Shown here: positions 1 to 12,179 of the stretch, in pieces
How positions within the stretch are numbered: position 1 is the first letter of the stretch
Layout of the letters: each line of letters begins with the position of its first letter
Assembly: GCF_964213995.1 (NCBI RefSeq)
Contig: NC_135825.1
Coordinates: forward strand, 24,118,001-24,182,000
DNA from: Mustelus asterias
Lineage: Eukaryota
Reading direction: 5' to 3'
DNA length: 64,000 nt
Made by a program: the position numbers and the translations under genes
Notes under the pieces: model-generated
Seen by the model: only the letters and a program-made list of their open reading frames with translations
Told to the model about the DNA's origin: nothing
Database searches by the model: none

Positions 1-508
1 TTGACAAAGGTGCACAAGAGAGGCAGATAGTCAGAGGACCCACCCCCATGGATCAGGTTGGAATTAGTATGACACTTTTTTAAAAACTCCATCCTTAATG
101 TTGCAAAGCCAACGCTCAGAATGGACCAAGCAATCCCAAATCCATTCCTTGCTTGCTCCAAAAACCAAATTCAAATTCCAATTGAATTCAATTTATGGTC
201 CCCACAAGAGAGGCAAACAAGATCCAAGCTGACGAGATAAGGCATTGCACCCCACCTTGGACTTGATCCAATGCTTGATCATAGCCAAAAGGCCGAGAAG
301 GAATTAGTATTACACTGTCCCAAAATAGAAAGGCTGCAATTTGGCATTCAGTCCTGAACAACATCAAATTTCCTTGGGATAGGTTTTTATGTAACCACTT
401 TGAATGGACAGTAGGTGAACAGAGTGAGAACACCACTCAGGCACTGGACAGTGTTGGAGGCCTGACCAATTTTCAGGATTGGGTCTGATTGTCATTCTGT
501 CAGTGAAT

Positions 509-1560
509 GATTTGATTTGATTTATTCTAATCACATGTATTAGTATACAATGAAAAGTATTGTTTCTTGCGCATTATGCAGACAAAGCATACTGTTCATA
601 GAGAAGAAAGGAGAGGGTGCAGAATGTAATGTTACAATCGTAGCTAGGGTATAGAGAAAGATCAATTTAATACGTGGTAGGTCCATTCAAAAGTCTGATG
701 GCAGCAGGGAAGAAGCTGTTCTTGAGTCAGTTGGTACATGTTGTCAGACTTTTGTATCTTTTTCCCAACAGAAAAAGGTGGAAGAGAGTATGTCCAGGGT
801 GCGTGGCTACTTTTCCGAGGCAGTGGGAAGTGTAGACAGAGTCAATGGATGGGAGGCTGGTTTGCATGATGAACTGGGCTTTGTTCATGACTCTTTGGCA
901 TTTTCTTTGCAGTCTTGGACAGAGCAGGAGCCATAGCAAGCTGTGATACAAGCAGAAAAAATGTTTTCTATGGTACATCTGTAAAAGTTGGTGAGAGTCA
1001 TAGCGGGAATGCCAAACTTCCTTAGTCTCCTGAGAAAGTAGAGGCATTGGTGGGTGTTCTGAACTATAGCATAGGTGTGAAGGGACCAGGACAGGTTGTT
1101 GGTGATCTGGATGCCTAGAAACTTAAAGCTCTCAACCTTTTCCACTGCGTCCCTATTGCTGTAGATGGGGGCATATCCTCCACTGCGCTTCCTGAAGTCG
1201 ATGACTATCTCTTTCATTTTGTTGACATTGAGGGAGAGATTGTTGTCATCGCATCAGTTCATCAGATTCTCTATCTCTTTCCTGTACTCCGTCTCATCAT
1301 TGTTTGAGATCTGACCCACTACGGTGGTGTCATCAGCAAACTTGAAAATTCTGTTGGAGGGGAATTTGCCCATACAGTCTTAGGCATATAAGGAGTATAG
1401 TAAAGGGTTGAGCACACAGCCATGTGGGACACCAGTGTTGAGGATGAACTTGGAGAAGGCATTGTTGCCTATCCTTACTGATTGTGGTCTGTAGGTTAGG
1501 AAGTCTAGGATCCAGTCGCAGAGGGAGGAGCCGAACCTCAGGCCACGGAGTTTGGAGCTG
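509..1560 (-). mobile_element. Rex1/Babar-type LINE, 5'-truncated and frameshifted
   Basis: RT motifs TGVPHGCVLNPLLYSLY, KEIVIDFRK, FKFLGIQI, LYFLRRLRKF. 3' end AATAAA(TCAAA)n. Confidence 0.85.
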
Positions 1561-1679
1561 ACTTTTGTAATAATAATGGATGCAGAAAGCAGCACATATG
1601 GTGCCCTCAGTCCCCCATAATCTAAGCACTAAGAAAGCAATTAGTTCCATCACTTTTAATTTCCTTCAAGCCCTTTCTA

Positions 1680-1862
1680 TAGTGAATGTATTCAAGAGGC
1701 GGCTAGATATGGCACTTGGAGTGAACGGGATCAAAGGTTGTGGGGAGAAAGCAGGATTAGGCTATTGAGTTGGATGATCAATCATGACCGTGATGAATGG
1801 AGGAGCAGGCTTGAAGGGACGAATGGCTTCCTCCTGCTCCTATCTTCTATGCTTCTATGTTT
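1680..1862 (+). mobile_element. CR1 LINE 3' end
   Basis: FKRRLD..GIKG C-terminus, 3'UTR and ctatgctt/ctatgttt tail. Confidence 0.75.
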
Positions 1863-2761
1863 CTTCTCCCTCCATAAAAATATTTGGGTTCCTCCCAATA
1901 CATTTTCACTTTAAAAGCCTCTCTGTGTGACTGTTCCGTGTGACTCTTACTCCTAATATGTCCCCTCTTTCCCTCCTTCTGTCTCATTCCTCCTGTCTCA
2001 CACTCAGCAAACCGTGGCAAGTTTGTGAAGCAATGAAACAGCCTCAGAGAAATTTTGTGCTTTAACTTCAGGGGTCGAGAGCGAACAGCTGCAGCTGCTC
2101 AACTGCTTTTAAAATTTTTCACCGCAAGATAAACAGTTCTGCAGGCTCCAAAGGTTTAGTCTAGCGATATGATTGTGAGACAGAGATGGCATCTTTCGAT
2201 CGTTAAATATGTTTTAGTGACATTTAGCTTTTTCTAAAGCATCTTTTTAAGATTTAACATCTTTCATGATAGAATGGAGATCATGTTCAGTAAAAGCAAA
2301 ACTGACCAATTCAATAAAGAATGAAGTTCAGTCTACAAACAGCAGTGCAGTAAAATATTTGGATTTGACAGGTATGGCATTTGGTTCTGGTGAATATCCT
2401 GTTAGGGAAATAGATTAAATAAGCATTATGACATGTGCCATTATCAGCACACTGTCTAAAGTTCAAGTTGAAACGTTGATGAATAGAGTGTTCTATTTGA
2501 GCAAAGTACCATTCGACACTGGGAAATCTGAAATAAAAGCAGAACATGCTGGAAATATTCAACAGGCCTGACCTCATCCTGGTCATCTTTCTTGTCAGTG
2601 ACCTTTCATCAGTTTCAACTATCTGTTATAATGTAGTATTCTCATTGTCAAGTGCAGTTTTAACATTCTGATCATAGTGCATTAATTATTGCAGTGTTGG
2701 CATCACTTGCTCAAAAATGGTAGTTGGGGGCTTTATTGTGATACTACAAGCTCCCACCCAC

Positions 2762-3310
2762 TTGGAATGCACTGCCAGAGGAGCTGGTGGAAGCAGGCAC
2801 ATTAGCAACATTTAAGAGGCATCTGGATGGGTAGATGAATAGGGAGGGAATAGAGGGATACGGACCGAGTAAGGGCAGAAGGGCTTTTCTTTAGTTTAGT
2901 TAGGGCAGCATGACTGGCACAGGCTTGGAATCATAGAATACTTAACAGTGCAGGAGGAGGCCATTTGGCCCATCGAGCCTGCACCGACAACAGTCCCACC
3001 CAGGCCCTATCCCCGTAACCCCACATGTTTACCCTAGTAATCCCCCTGACACTAAGGAGCAATTTAGCATGGCCAATCAACCTAACCCCCACATTTTTGG
3101 ACTGTGGGAGGAAACCGGAGCACCCGGAAGAAACCCACGTAGACAGGGGGAGAATGTGCAAACTCCACATAGACAGTCACCCAAGCTGGGAATCGAACCC
3201 AGGTCCCTGGCGCTATGAGGCAGCAGTGCTAACCACTGTGCCACCATGCCACCCTTTTGGCTTGGAGGGCCGAAAGACCTGTTCCTGTGCTGTACTTTTC
3301 TTTGTTCTTT
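2762..3310 (+). mobile_element. CR1 3' end interrupted by an HE1 SINE
   Basis: WNALP..FKRHLD coding remnant. The 3'UTR resumes at 3259 with ggcttgga duplicated around the SINE. Confidence 0.8.
2929..3255 (-). mobile_element. HE1-type V-SINE (CR1-type tail)
   Basis: tRNA-like head (tggcacagtggttagc..ggttcgattcc), V-domain, ctatgatt tail. Confidence 0.9.
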
Positions 3311-4244
3311 GTTCACTTTGGATGATAGTGAACGCTCTACAGTTGAAATAAGTTCATGGCTGGTCCAAAGCAAAGTAATTGGTCTATGCTGAGTTGGCTA
3401 ACATTAACCAAGGTAACGAACTGCGTTTTAATTGTTGGCAATTCTTGAGTTTCGAAGAGCTAAAAATTGATGAAACGTTTGCTCTTGGCCACTCTGTAGT
3501 GGCATCATTCCGGATGCATGTGTGCACATCGATATTAAATGAGGCTAAGATTAAGTTTAACAGTAGAGCGTCCTCCTCCAACCCATCTTAGTTTCATAGT
3601 CCACCACCCTTGGAACTGTTTTCCCGTATGAATTATATTAAGAAGTCTCATAACATCAGGTTAAAATCCAACAGGTTTATTTGGAATCACGAGCTTTCAG
3701 AGCACTGCTCCTTCAACAGGTCAGAGGTGTGAATTATGTGCTCAGTTGAAAGAATTGGAGAAAATGGGGCTTTAATTGAAGTTTTTAAAAGATTGAGCAA
3801 TAAGTGGCAGGATAGAACAGTCATTTCTTTGTAATCAAACAGCATCAGGGATTACCAAAGCTTTAAATCAAATAGGATTTGTATTGGCAGAAGTTATCAT
3901 GGATCCTACAAACCTAACTTATGAAAAAAAGACAGGGCAAATTAATTGAAGTCAAAGTTTCCCACCTCCTATTTGTTTGTCACGGAACTGGAATGGTTAA
4001 GAAATGGTTAATCTTGCTTGCCTGCACTCTCAGTTAGATTCTGTGCTGACAAATTAGTTAAAGGGAAGTGAAGGGGAAGATCTTCTTTATAATAGAGTTA
4101 GTCAAGTGTATAAGGAACAAATTAGGTCTGAATTTAAATAAAACAATTAAATCTTATGCTAGGAAGTTTCATGGAACCATGTCTGACCTTCCACACTTAT
4201 CCAGGAGTGTGGCAGAAACCTTGGACCTGAACTTCCGTGGATTT

Positions 4245-4552
4245 TTTATTACTATTCATTCATGGGACATGGGCATCACTGGCTGGCCAGCATTTATTGC
4301 CCATCCCTAGTTGCCCGAGGGCAGTTGAGAGTCAACCACATTGCTGTGGCTCTGGAGTCACATGTAGGCCAGACCAGGTAAGGATGGCAGATTTCCTTCC
4401 CTGAAGGACATTAGTGAACCAGATGGGTTTTTCTGACAATCTGACAATGGTTTCACGGTCATCAGTAGATTCTTAATTCCAGATATTTTTTATTGAATTC
4501 AAATTCTGCCGTGGTGGGATTTGAACCCGGGTCCCCAGAACATTAGCTGAGT
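4245..4552 (-). mobile_element. tRNA-derived SINE, second family (tail shared with LINE at 21510-21910)
   Basis: Matches copies at 43396-43787, 53830-54175 and 58700-59405. Confidence 0.8.
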
Positions 4553-5024
4553 ATGCTATACTTGACTAAGATCCTCCCCTTCACTTCCCTTTAACTCTTT
4601 TGTCAGCACAAGCAGAGTCAGATTGTCACGACACTCCTACTTTCTTACTAGAGATTTATTTTATTCTATCTCACCTGCCCTAATGACTCAGCCCAAGTTT
4701 CCTGACGTCTTCAGTTGAACACTGCAGACTTGAATGTGAGGAGAACAAGACCCCTTTTTTGCGGCACTAGCTGCCATTAATTAGGAGGCTTATAGGTCCA
4801 ACAACTAAGTTTAAAATTACTTCACAGGTTAGGGAGAAGGTAAGATCTAAGGTAAGAGGGTAGGATTTGCGGGGACGAGGAGATGATGGTGGTGGCATTT
4901 TACGTAAGGGGTGTTGAGTTGGGTCGGGGCCTGAGGGGAATGGGAGGGTCAGGTTGGGTCTTGGAGTGGTTGGGAGGGTGTGGAATCAGGTTAGGCCTCT
5001 GATGGGTCAAAGCTGGTGAGTGTT

Positions 5025-5320
5025 TTTTTTAAGTTTATTTATGAGTGTCACAAGTAGGCTTACATGAACACTGCAATGAAGTTACTGTGAAAATCCCCTA
5101 GTCGCTACACTCTGGCACCTGTTCGGGTACACAGAGGGAGAATTTACCATGGCCAATGCATCTAATCAGCACATCTTTCAAGCCGTGGGAGGAAACCGGA
5201 GCACCCAGAGAAAACCCACACTGGGAGAATGTGCAGACTCCACACAGACAGTGACCCAAGCCGGGAATCGAACCCGGGTCCCTGGCGCTGTGAGGTAGCA
5301 GTGCTAACCACTGTGCCGCA
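5025..5320 (-). mobile_element. V-SINE variant with alternative (non-CR1) tail
   Basis: Same head and V-domain as HE1, but the 3' part reads ..ttcacagtaacttcattgcagtg..cctacttgtgac..ataaataaactt. Confidence 0.85.
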
Positions 5321-6247
5321 AGGAGTCAGGTCAAGACTCGGTAGGGGAGACTGGTCAGGGTGTATCAGGGCAGGCCTTGGGGTGGGGGTGAGAGTCAGAA
5401 GTTGGGAAGGGTCTGGCCACAGTGAGGCGGGGGGGGGGAAGGAGTCCCCGGGTGGTGGGGGAGGTGGGGTGGGGGGGTTTCTTTGAGGAAATCCTGTGGG
5501 GTGAGGAATCGCCTTGGAGGGTATTGTTGGGCGGGGGGATGGTTAGGGGATTTCCATGGGAGATGTGGGTATTTGGGGAGAGGAGCGGGTTCCCTCACCC
5601 ATCTTTATGGTAGCCCCCAGTTACATTGCCGTAGAGCTCAGCTTCCCATTGAGGCAGAGTTTCCCACATTCTGGCAAAGTAACACTGAGAATGAGAGAAC
5701 AAATCCAAACAATCTTCTAACCTTAATTACATACCCATACTTAGAGCTGAATTGAAATGCAACAGCTCAAAGAAAATGTTAAACATATTCAAGTAAATAC
5801 AGCCAACAGAAAAAATGTTCTCCTCACCTCATTATTATCCAATGGGTAACATCCTTGTGGCATTGAAGCAAATCGTTTCGTGGAAATTTGCTTAGGAAAG
5901 AAGAACTGAAAAATTTCCATTACTCCACTAAGCAATTTCCATTCAATTTCATTCAAAGCCAAAGGTATGTATATATTATACAGACAGAATAAAATATAAA
6001 TTGTTACCAAATCACGGAATCTTTCTCCTGTAGCAAACGCTGGAATAATCAATCCTTGTTACAAATCGTATTCAATGCCATCTGAAAAAGATATCATTCT
6101 GCTAACAATTCAGTTAACAAGTAGTCATTGTGTTTGTTTGATATAGTAACTTTTTGAATTGGGGATTTAAAACAAAAGATTTGAACAGAATAACCTTCTC
6201 CAATTTGAATCCCTGTAAACGATTTCATTATCATCAAATCATAATAA

Positions 6248-6800
6248 ATGCACTCGGAATATAGTGTTCAATTCTGGTCGCCACACTACCAGAAAGATGT
6301 AGAGGCTTTGGAGAGGGTGCAGAAAAGATTTATCAGGACGTTGCCTGGGATGGAGGGCATTAGCTATGAGGAGAGGTTGGAGAAACTTGGTTTGTTCTCA
6401 CTGGAACGATGGAGGTTGAGGGGCGACCTGATAGAAGTCTACAAGATTATGGGGGGCATGGACAGAGTGGATAGTCAGAAACTTTTTCCCAGGGTGGAAG
6501 AGTCAACTACTAGGGGGTACAGGTTTAAGGTGCGAGGAGCAAGGTTTAAAGGAGATGTACAAAGCAAGTTTTTTTACACAGAGAGTGGTGGGTGCCTGGA
6601 ACTCGCTGCCGGGGGAGGTAGTGGAAGCAAATACAGTGGGGGCTTTTAAGGGGTGTCTGGACAAATACATGAATAGGATGGGAATGGAGGGATATGGTCC
6701 CCGGAAAGGTAGAGGGGTTTTAGTTCAGTCGGGCAGCATGGTCTGTGCAGGCTTGGAGGGCCAAGGGCCTGTTCTTGTGCTTTAATTTTCTTTGTTCTTT
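6248..6800 (+). mobile_element. CR1 LINE 3' fragment
   Basis: EYSVQFWSPH..LERVQKRF..RLRGDLIEVYKI..WNSLP and CR1 3'UTR. Confidence 0.92.
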
Positions 6801-8503
6801 ATAACAGAAATCCAAATGGAAGGGATTTAGCTGATTTTGTAATGTCATCTATAAAGGAAAGGACAGTGTTTTCAACCATTTGATGGCCCAGGGTAGCCCT
6901 GCAATATTTTGCATTACAGAATAATCTATACATCCATCATTGGAGAGGATTTTATATGCACTTATACTGGGAATGTGTAAAATGTAAGGAAAATAACTTT
7001 AGTAAAGTACGATTGTTTTACAAGTATAATAAGATAACATTCATCAACATTATACATAGAGGAAAGTATTCTCCAATTATCAATGATTATAATGATATGC
7101 AGTGAAGACAAATGCTAACATTAGAAGTAATACTTGCATTGATGCAGCCTCTTGTGTTTTCAGCGTGGCTCAAAGCACTTCACAGCTACTGTAACCAATG
7201 TGTAATGTCGGAAAATATATGATAAGAGGGACTAAACATGTTATTCTTCAAGCTGAACACAGCCATTTATATGCAAAGTTTTATCATTCAACTGGTTAAT
7301 GAGTAAGACTTAATTAATTATTTTGTGCGACCTTATGCCTTGTAAGAAATTTAGGTAGTCTTTTTTCCTCCAATTTCTTCCTCTTGCCTCCTGAATGCAG
7401 TGACTCAGTCTAGGTATAGTTTCATAATCTAAGTCTAATGTGGCTAAAATGACGCATGTTACAGACTTGGTCTGGAACACAAAGAGTATTTATTAACAAG
7501 GAAAAACTGTACAGAGGCCCGCAGCCCTACAGCTGCCCTACTACAACCCTTTCGTTGCCCCAGTCCTTACATGACTTGTATGGGTGCGATTTTCCAGCCG
7601 CACGGACTCCAAGACCAGAAATTCCCACCCAAGCTCAACAGACCTGTAAATGGTCTGTCTAATTTTCTGTTCCACCTGCTACGATTCCCACAGTGAGCGG
7701 GATGGGAAATTTCTGGCCTATCTGTCTTCAGACTGTCTTCTGCCTAAGGTAGGACTCCATCCCCTGGGGTGATTACCCACACTCAGTCCCAATTGGTCCG
7801 TTAAGCCAGATGACCCTCTTCTGCTGTGTTGCCCTGAAAGGAACAATCATCACAATAGTTTGAGAGTCAGTGGTTTAACAGTGGGTATTCGTCAATAGCC
7901 TATCCCAAGACTTGGAGATAAAGACATTGAGGAGCAAACAGGAAGATTTGGAAATGAGTTCTGTGAAAGTGAAGGAAAGGTGGGAAGTGGAAGCAAATTT
8001 AAGGAAATTTTCCAATTCAGGGCAAGAGCATGATTCACGCCAATACAATTAGTGTATTAAAACTCAACAAATGTGACAAAGGATAGAAGTGTGGGGCCTG
8101 GTCTTTATGCATTGACAAGGAGGAGGTGCCAGAGAGTTGCCATTCAGCTTCCAAACTATAAAGGTATTTTTGCCAAGCAATAGAAGTGTTACCTTTGTCA
8201 CCAACTTTAACGACACTGATAGGGCTGGAGCTGAGAGAACTGAGTTCCAGAGAGACGTAGGCTAACGTAGTACAGTTGAGATGGCTGATTTAATGCCAGG
8301 AGTTTTAAATGGAAAGATCCAGAGAGGATAGGAGACCAAAAGGAGGGATCCATGTAGAATGAGAATTCTAAAATTATGAGAAAGAATCCATTGTGTTGGG
8401 GAATGGGCATGGAGATGAAAGGTTAGTGATGTGCTGAGCTCAAAATTCATTGAGTAAGAGGTGAAGCTGAGACCTTTGCTGTGGACAATATAGAAAATAT
8501 GAT

Positions 8504-8661
8504 GAGGAGAATTTTCTGTGCCCCCTGCTCTGTGTTTTGCAGTGGTGGAGGTGACCCACCATTAGCCAGCAGCAGGATCTTCTGGGTTTCCCCATGGTGA
8601 GGGTGCGCCGTGAGTGGGATCGGAAGATCCCACCAACATGAACAACCAGAAAATTTCACCT
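8504..8661. mobile_element. PIF/Harbinger-type MITE
   Basis: Imperfect TIRs gaggagaattttc / gaaaatttcacct. 3-bp TSD GAT. Confidence 0.6.
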
Positions 8662-8817
8662 GATATTGCTATCTGGAACATTGTCCCAGGAATTTCACAG
8701 TGTGGTCTTTGCAAAATACATCAGTGCTGTCAATCTTTCACCTGATATTGCTATCTGGAACATTGTCCCAGGAATTTCACAATGTGGTCTTTGCAAAATA
8801 CATCAGTGCTGACAATC
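8654..8817 (+). repeat. 82-bp tandem duplication
   Basis: tttcacctgatattgct...cagtgctg(t/a)caatct starts at both 8654 and 8736. Confidence 0.95.
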
Positions 8818-9088
8818 TTACCTGCAGTGCTTCAGTGTTTATGTCCACTTTGAACTTAATGAATATCAATCACAAAAGATTTAGTTATTGGACATTCAAC
8901 TAAAAAGAGCAAATGTATCTCCTTACACTACGGAATCCTTATAATGTATTGCTTACTGATGAAATATTCCGTATATTTGGTTGATCTTCAATGGTGTTGC
9001 CGATGGTCAGAATATAATCACTCTCTTAACTCTATCTATTCCACATTACTATTTTCTGTGATTTTCCTTTTCCGCTTCTGTGACTGTT

Positions 9089-11039
9089 TGTGGTGAACCA
9101 TAGATGGTTACCACTATGGGTACTGAACCATAGATGGTTACCACTATGGGTACTTGTACATATGTTACTCTTGTTACTGTTGGGGTTAGGGTTGGGGTGT
9201 TCCACCTGTTAGCATTGTTCTGTGGTACACTCCGTTTGGCTCCGCCTTCCTATAGGAGTATAAAGGTCACTGCACTTCCTAGTGACCCTTTAGTCTGGGA
9301 TAGTATTGTTAAGCAGTGTGCTCTATTCTTGTTGCGAATAAAAGCCTTTATTTCCCGAGTACGATCTAGCCTCTCGAGTGAATTAATCGCGCATCAATTT
9401 TATTCGCAACAAATTTTGTTTTGAAAAGAAAAAATGGAGCAGATGCTGAAACCCGATCGGCTAACCTTAGATCCGCGTGCCGCTGGAGCGTCGAACACTT
9501 TCGACCATTGGTTGAAGTGTTTCCAGGATTATATCGACGCCTCAACAGCAGTCCAAAATGAAGCCGACAGATTGCGGGTCCTCCACGCAAGGGTAAGCGA
9601 CACTGTGTATGCAACAATCCGTGATTCCCAAGATTACAAACCGCCAAACGAAATCCATGCTCGTCACTTATTAGCCACTCGACGGCGGCAGCCCGGCGAA
9701 ACGACGGCACAGTACCTGCGCGAACTTCAGCAGCTAGCCAGAGCCTGCAATTGCAAGCCAGTGTCGGCTACTCAGTACACTAACGATCTGATCCGAGATG
9801 CGTTCGTGGCGGGAATCGGCTCATCCTATATCCACCTGCGGCTGTTAGAGCAAGGTAACTTGGACCTAGCTAAGACGGTAGAATTGGCTGATGCGATGGA
9901 AACAGCCTCCAGAAGTCTTGAAACTTACCCCACCGACCACGTGGGAACATCGTGGCAAGTACAGCCACCGACTCAGCTGTACCCGGCGGCTCCTAGGAAC
10001 TGCGCGATCGTGCTTTCAACCTCGGACCTGACGGCAGCGGCAGCTCCAGGAGGCCCATGGTGCTATTTCTGTGGATTGGCGAAGCACCCTCGCCAGAGAT
10101 GTCCAGCCAGGACGGTATTTTGCTCTGCTTGTGGGAAGAAAGGGCACTATGCAAAAGTGTGCCGAGCAAAGCCCCCTTTGAAGCCAAGCAGTGCTGCGTG
10201 TGACTCCCCAGGATCCGTCTCCTCGTCTCCAGCTTCGTCGATGTCTTCAACCACGTGCGATTCACGGGCGCCGCCATTCCTGATGACGACGACGCAAGAC
10301 ACGTGCGACCTGCGGGTGCCGCCACTTTCAACGCCATCGACCACGTGCGATCCATGGGCGCAGCCATTTTGGTCGGCACTGGCCGCAGATGACCAGCAGG
10401 GGTCCTCGTCGTCGACCATCTCAGCTGCCTGCAGTTGCACTCGGGATCCAACAGTGGCGTCAATCATCCTGGACCAGGCCAAGCCTCACAGACTCGACAA
10501 GTCCATGATGGACATAGAGCTTGCCTGAGTCCAGGAGATTGTCGCCACCTCGAGGTCCACCCGTGTGTGAGGAACTGGAGGAGTCACTGGACACCACCTT
10601 GGAGAGAGGGACACCACGGTCACCAGAACCGGCACTACCGCCAGTGCTGCAGAGGTCGCAGAGATGGTGCGGACCTCCGATACGACTGAACTTGTGAATA
10701 TATGGACAGTTCGTACTGTTCTTTTTGCCCCACCGGCCTTTGTTTTTAAAGGAGGGGTGAGTGTGGTGAACCATAGATAGTTATCACTATGGGTACTTGT
10801 ACATATGTTACTCTTGTTACTGTTGGGGTTCGGGTTGGGGTGTTCCACCTGTTAGCATTGTTCTGTGGTACACTCCGTTTGGCTCCGCCTTCCTGTAGGA
10901 GTATAAAGGTCACTGCACTTCCTAGTGACCCTTTAGTCTGGGATAGTATTGTTAAGCAGTGTGCTCTATTCTTGTTGCGAATAAAAGCCTTTATTTCCCG
11001 AGTACAATCTAGCCTCTCGAGTGAATTAATCGCGCATCA
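9089..11039 (+). mobile_element. Internally deleted Gypsy LTR retrotransposon (gag only) with both LTRs
   Basis: LTRs 9089-9396 and 10762-11039 (TG...CA; 5 substitutions plus one 30-bp duplication by manual comparison). 5-bp TSD CTGTT at 9084-9088 and 11040-11044. Polypurine tract aaaggaggggtgag at 10748-10761. TATAAA and AATAAA in the LTR. Confidence 0.96.
9434..10528 (+). CDS. gag: Gypsy Gag with two zinc-knuckle-like motifs, truncated at the start of protease
   Basis: 364-aa ORF with ARHLLATRRRQPGET, IRDAFVAG, CYFCGLAKHPRQRC and CSACGKKGHYAKVC. Ends LDQAKPHRLDKSMMDIE before any protease active site. Followed by an integrase C-terminal tail remnant (LQRSQR..PPIRLNL*). Confidence 0.9.
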   Translation: MEQMLKPDRLTLDPRAAGASNTFDHWLKCFQDYIDASTAVQNEADRLRVLHARVSDTVYATIRDSQDYKPPNEIHARHLLATRRRQPGETTAQYLRELQQLARACNCKPVSATQYTNDLIRDAFVAGIGSSYIHLRLLEQGNLDLAKTVELADAMETASRSLETYPTDHVGTSWQVQPPTQLYPAAPRNCAIVLSTSDLTAAAAPGGPWCYFCGLAKHPRQRCPARTVFCSACGKKGHYAKVCRAKPPLKPSSAACDSPGSVSSSPASSMSSTTCDSRAPPFLMTTTQDTCDLRVPPLSTPSTTCDPWAQPFWSALAADDQQGSSSSTISAACSCTRDPTVASIILDQAKPHRLDKSMMDIELA

Positions 11040-11857
11040 CTGTTTCCATTTTTTTTTCTGTTTCCCATCTCTTAACTCTTTTCAGTTTTCTCTCTGCCCC
11101 TTTTTGCCTCTTTCTATGTTGGAGGGGGGAGGTAGGTGGTAGTAAGGTGCAGTGTCATGGACAATCTCTGACGTGGGAAATGTGGTCCTCAGATATTCCC
11201 TCAGCATCCTCTTCCTCAGTCAAATGCTTCCCCCCACCTTGCCTCCTTCCTCTTTGCTTCCGAAGTTACTCCTTCTTTCGAACACTCCCTCACTCTCATC
11301 CTCACTACCCTTACCTTCCTCCCCTTTAAAGAAGCACTCAAACGCTAGCCTCTTGTTCAATTAACATTCATCTCACTTGACCCTCCATTCACCTCCCCGT
11401 CCATACTTACTTACTGCCCCTTGCTCTCAATGTGTCCTTTTTCCCCCTGTGCGTCTGATGCACTCTGTCTTCCACCTTTGCCTCATAGGTCTTTTAAATT
11501 AGAATCGTTGTCTCACAGGTATAATCCATTATCATTGACCTTTGCTAACTGTTAACCAAAAACAGGTAGAGAATTGAAAAACAAACTGGTTGTGAATGCT
11601 GGGTATAGGAAATACTGAAAATATGGCCAAATCAGTCAGTAACTGTTGTAAGAGTGGGCAGGTTAACACTAAGGTGCCCCTGTCCCCAGAATACAATTAG
11701 TCAGTTACAAAATTCAATAGTCATTAACAGAGTAAACATTACCTCTCCTTATAAGAGATTTTCTTTGAATGTGTGGAAGGCCACAGTATAGTATCAAAAC
11801 AATTATAATAATGTAGTTACAATTTGGAGGTTTTGTCGCATGATTGACAGTCTCTCT

Positions 11858-11984
11858 GTGCAGAATTTTCCTGTCCCAGCCGCCACGGAAATCATAGCGG
11901 GCGGGGGGCGGACCATGCAAAGGTCCATTGATCCCGGGCAGGATTTACCGGTTTGGGGGCGAGCATGGCTGGAAAATCCCACCC
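11858..11984. mobile_element. PIF/Harbinger-type MITE
   Basis: TIRs gtgcagaattttcc / ggaaaatcccaccc. TSD TCT. Similar copies near 7581-7718 and 37240-37330. Confidence 0.65.
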
Positions 11985-12179
11985 TCTGAGTCTGATCCAG
12001 AAGCTCTGGGTTGGATTCCCACTTCAGTACTTGATGACCAAGAAAGGTGCATTCATAATGTAGCCAAATAGATTGATTATTGACCTATAAATCCTCCCAA
12101 TGTGCTTATGGTAGGAAGTAAAAGTGGGAGAGACTTCTAGTCAGCCATATTTGATGCAGAGTGTCACCCTTCAAGCTAT

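Noticed and set aside
10-320. Short repeats cacaagagaggca and gaattagtat.acact at the window start
   Set aside because: Only two copies each with irregular spacing. Probably part of a truncated repeat, not an array.
7457-7853. Possible minus-strand solo LTR (TG...CA, AATAAA)
   Set aside because: No TSD and no second copy in the window.
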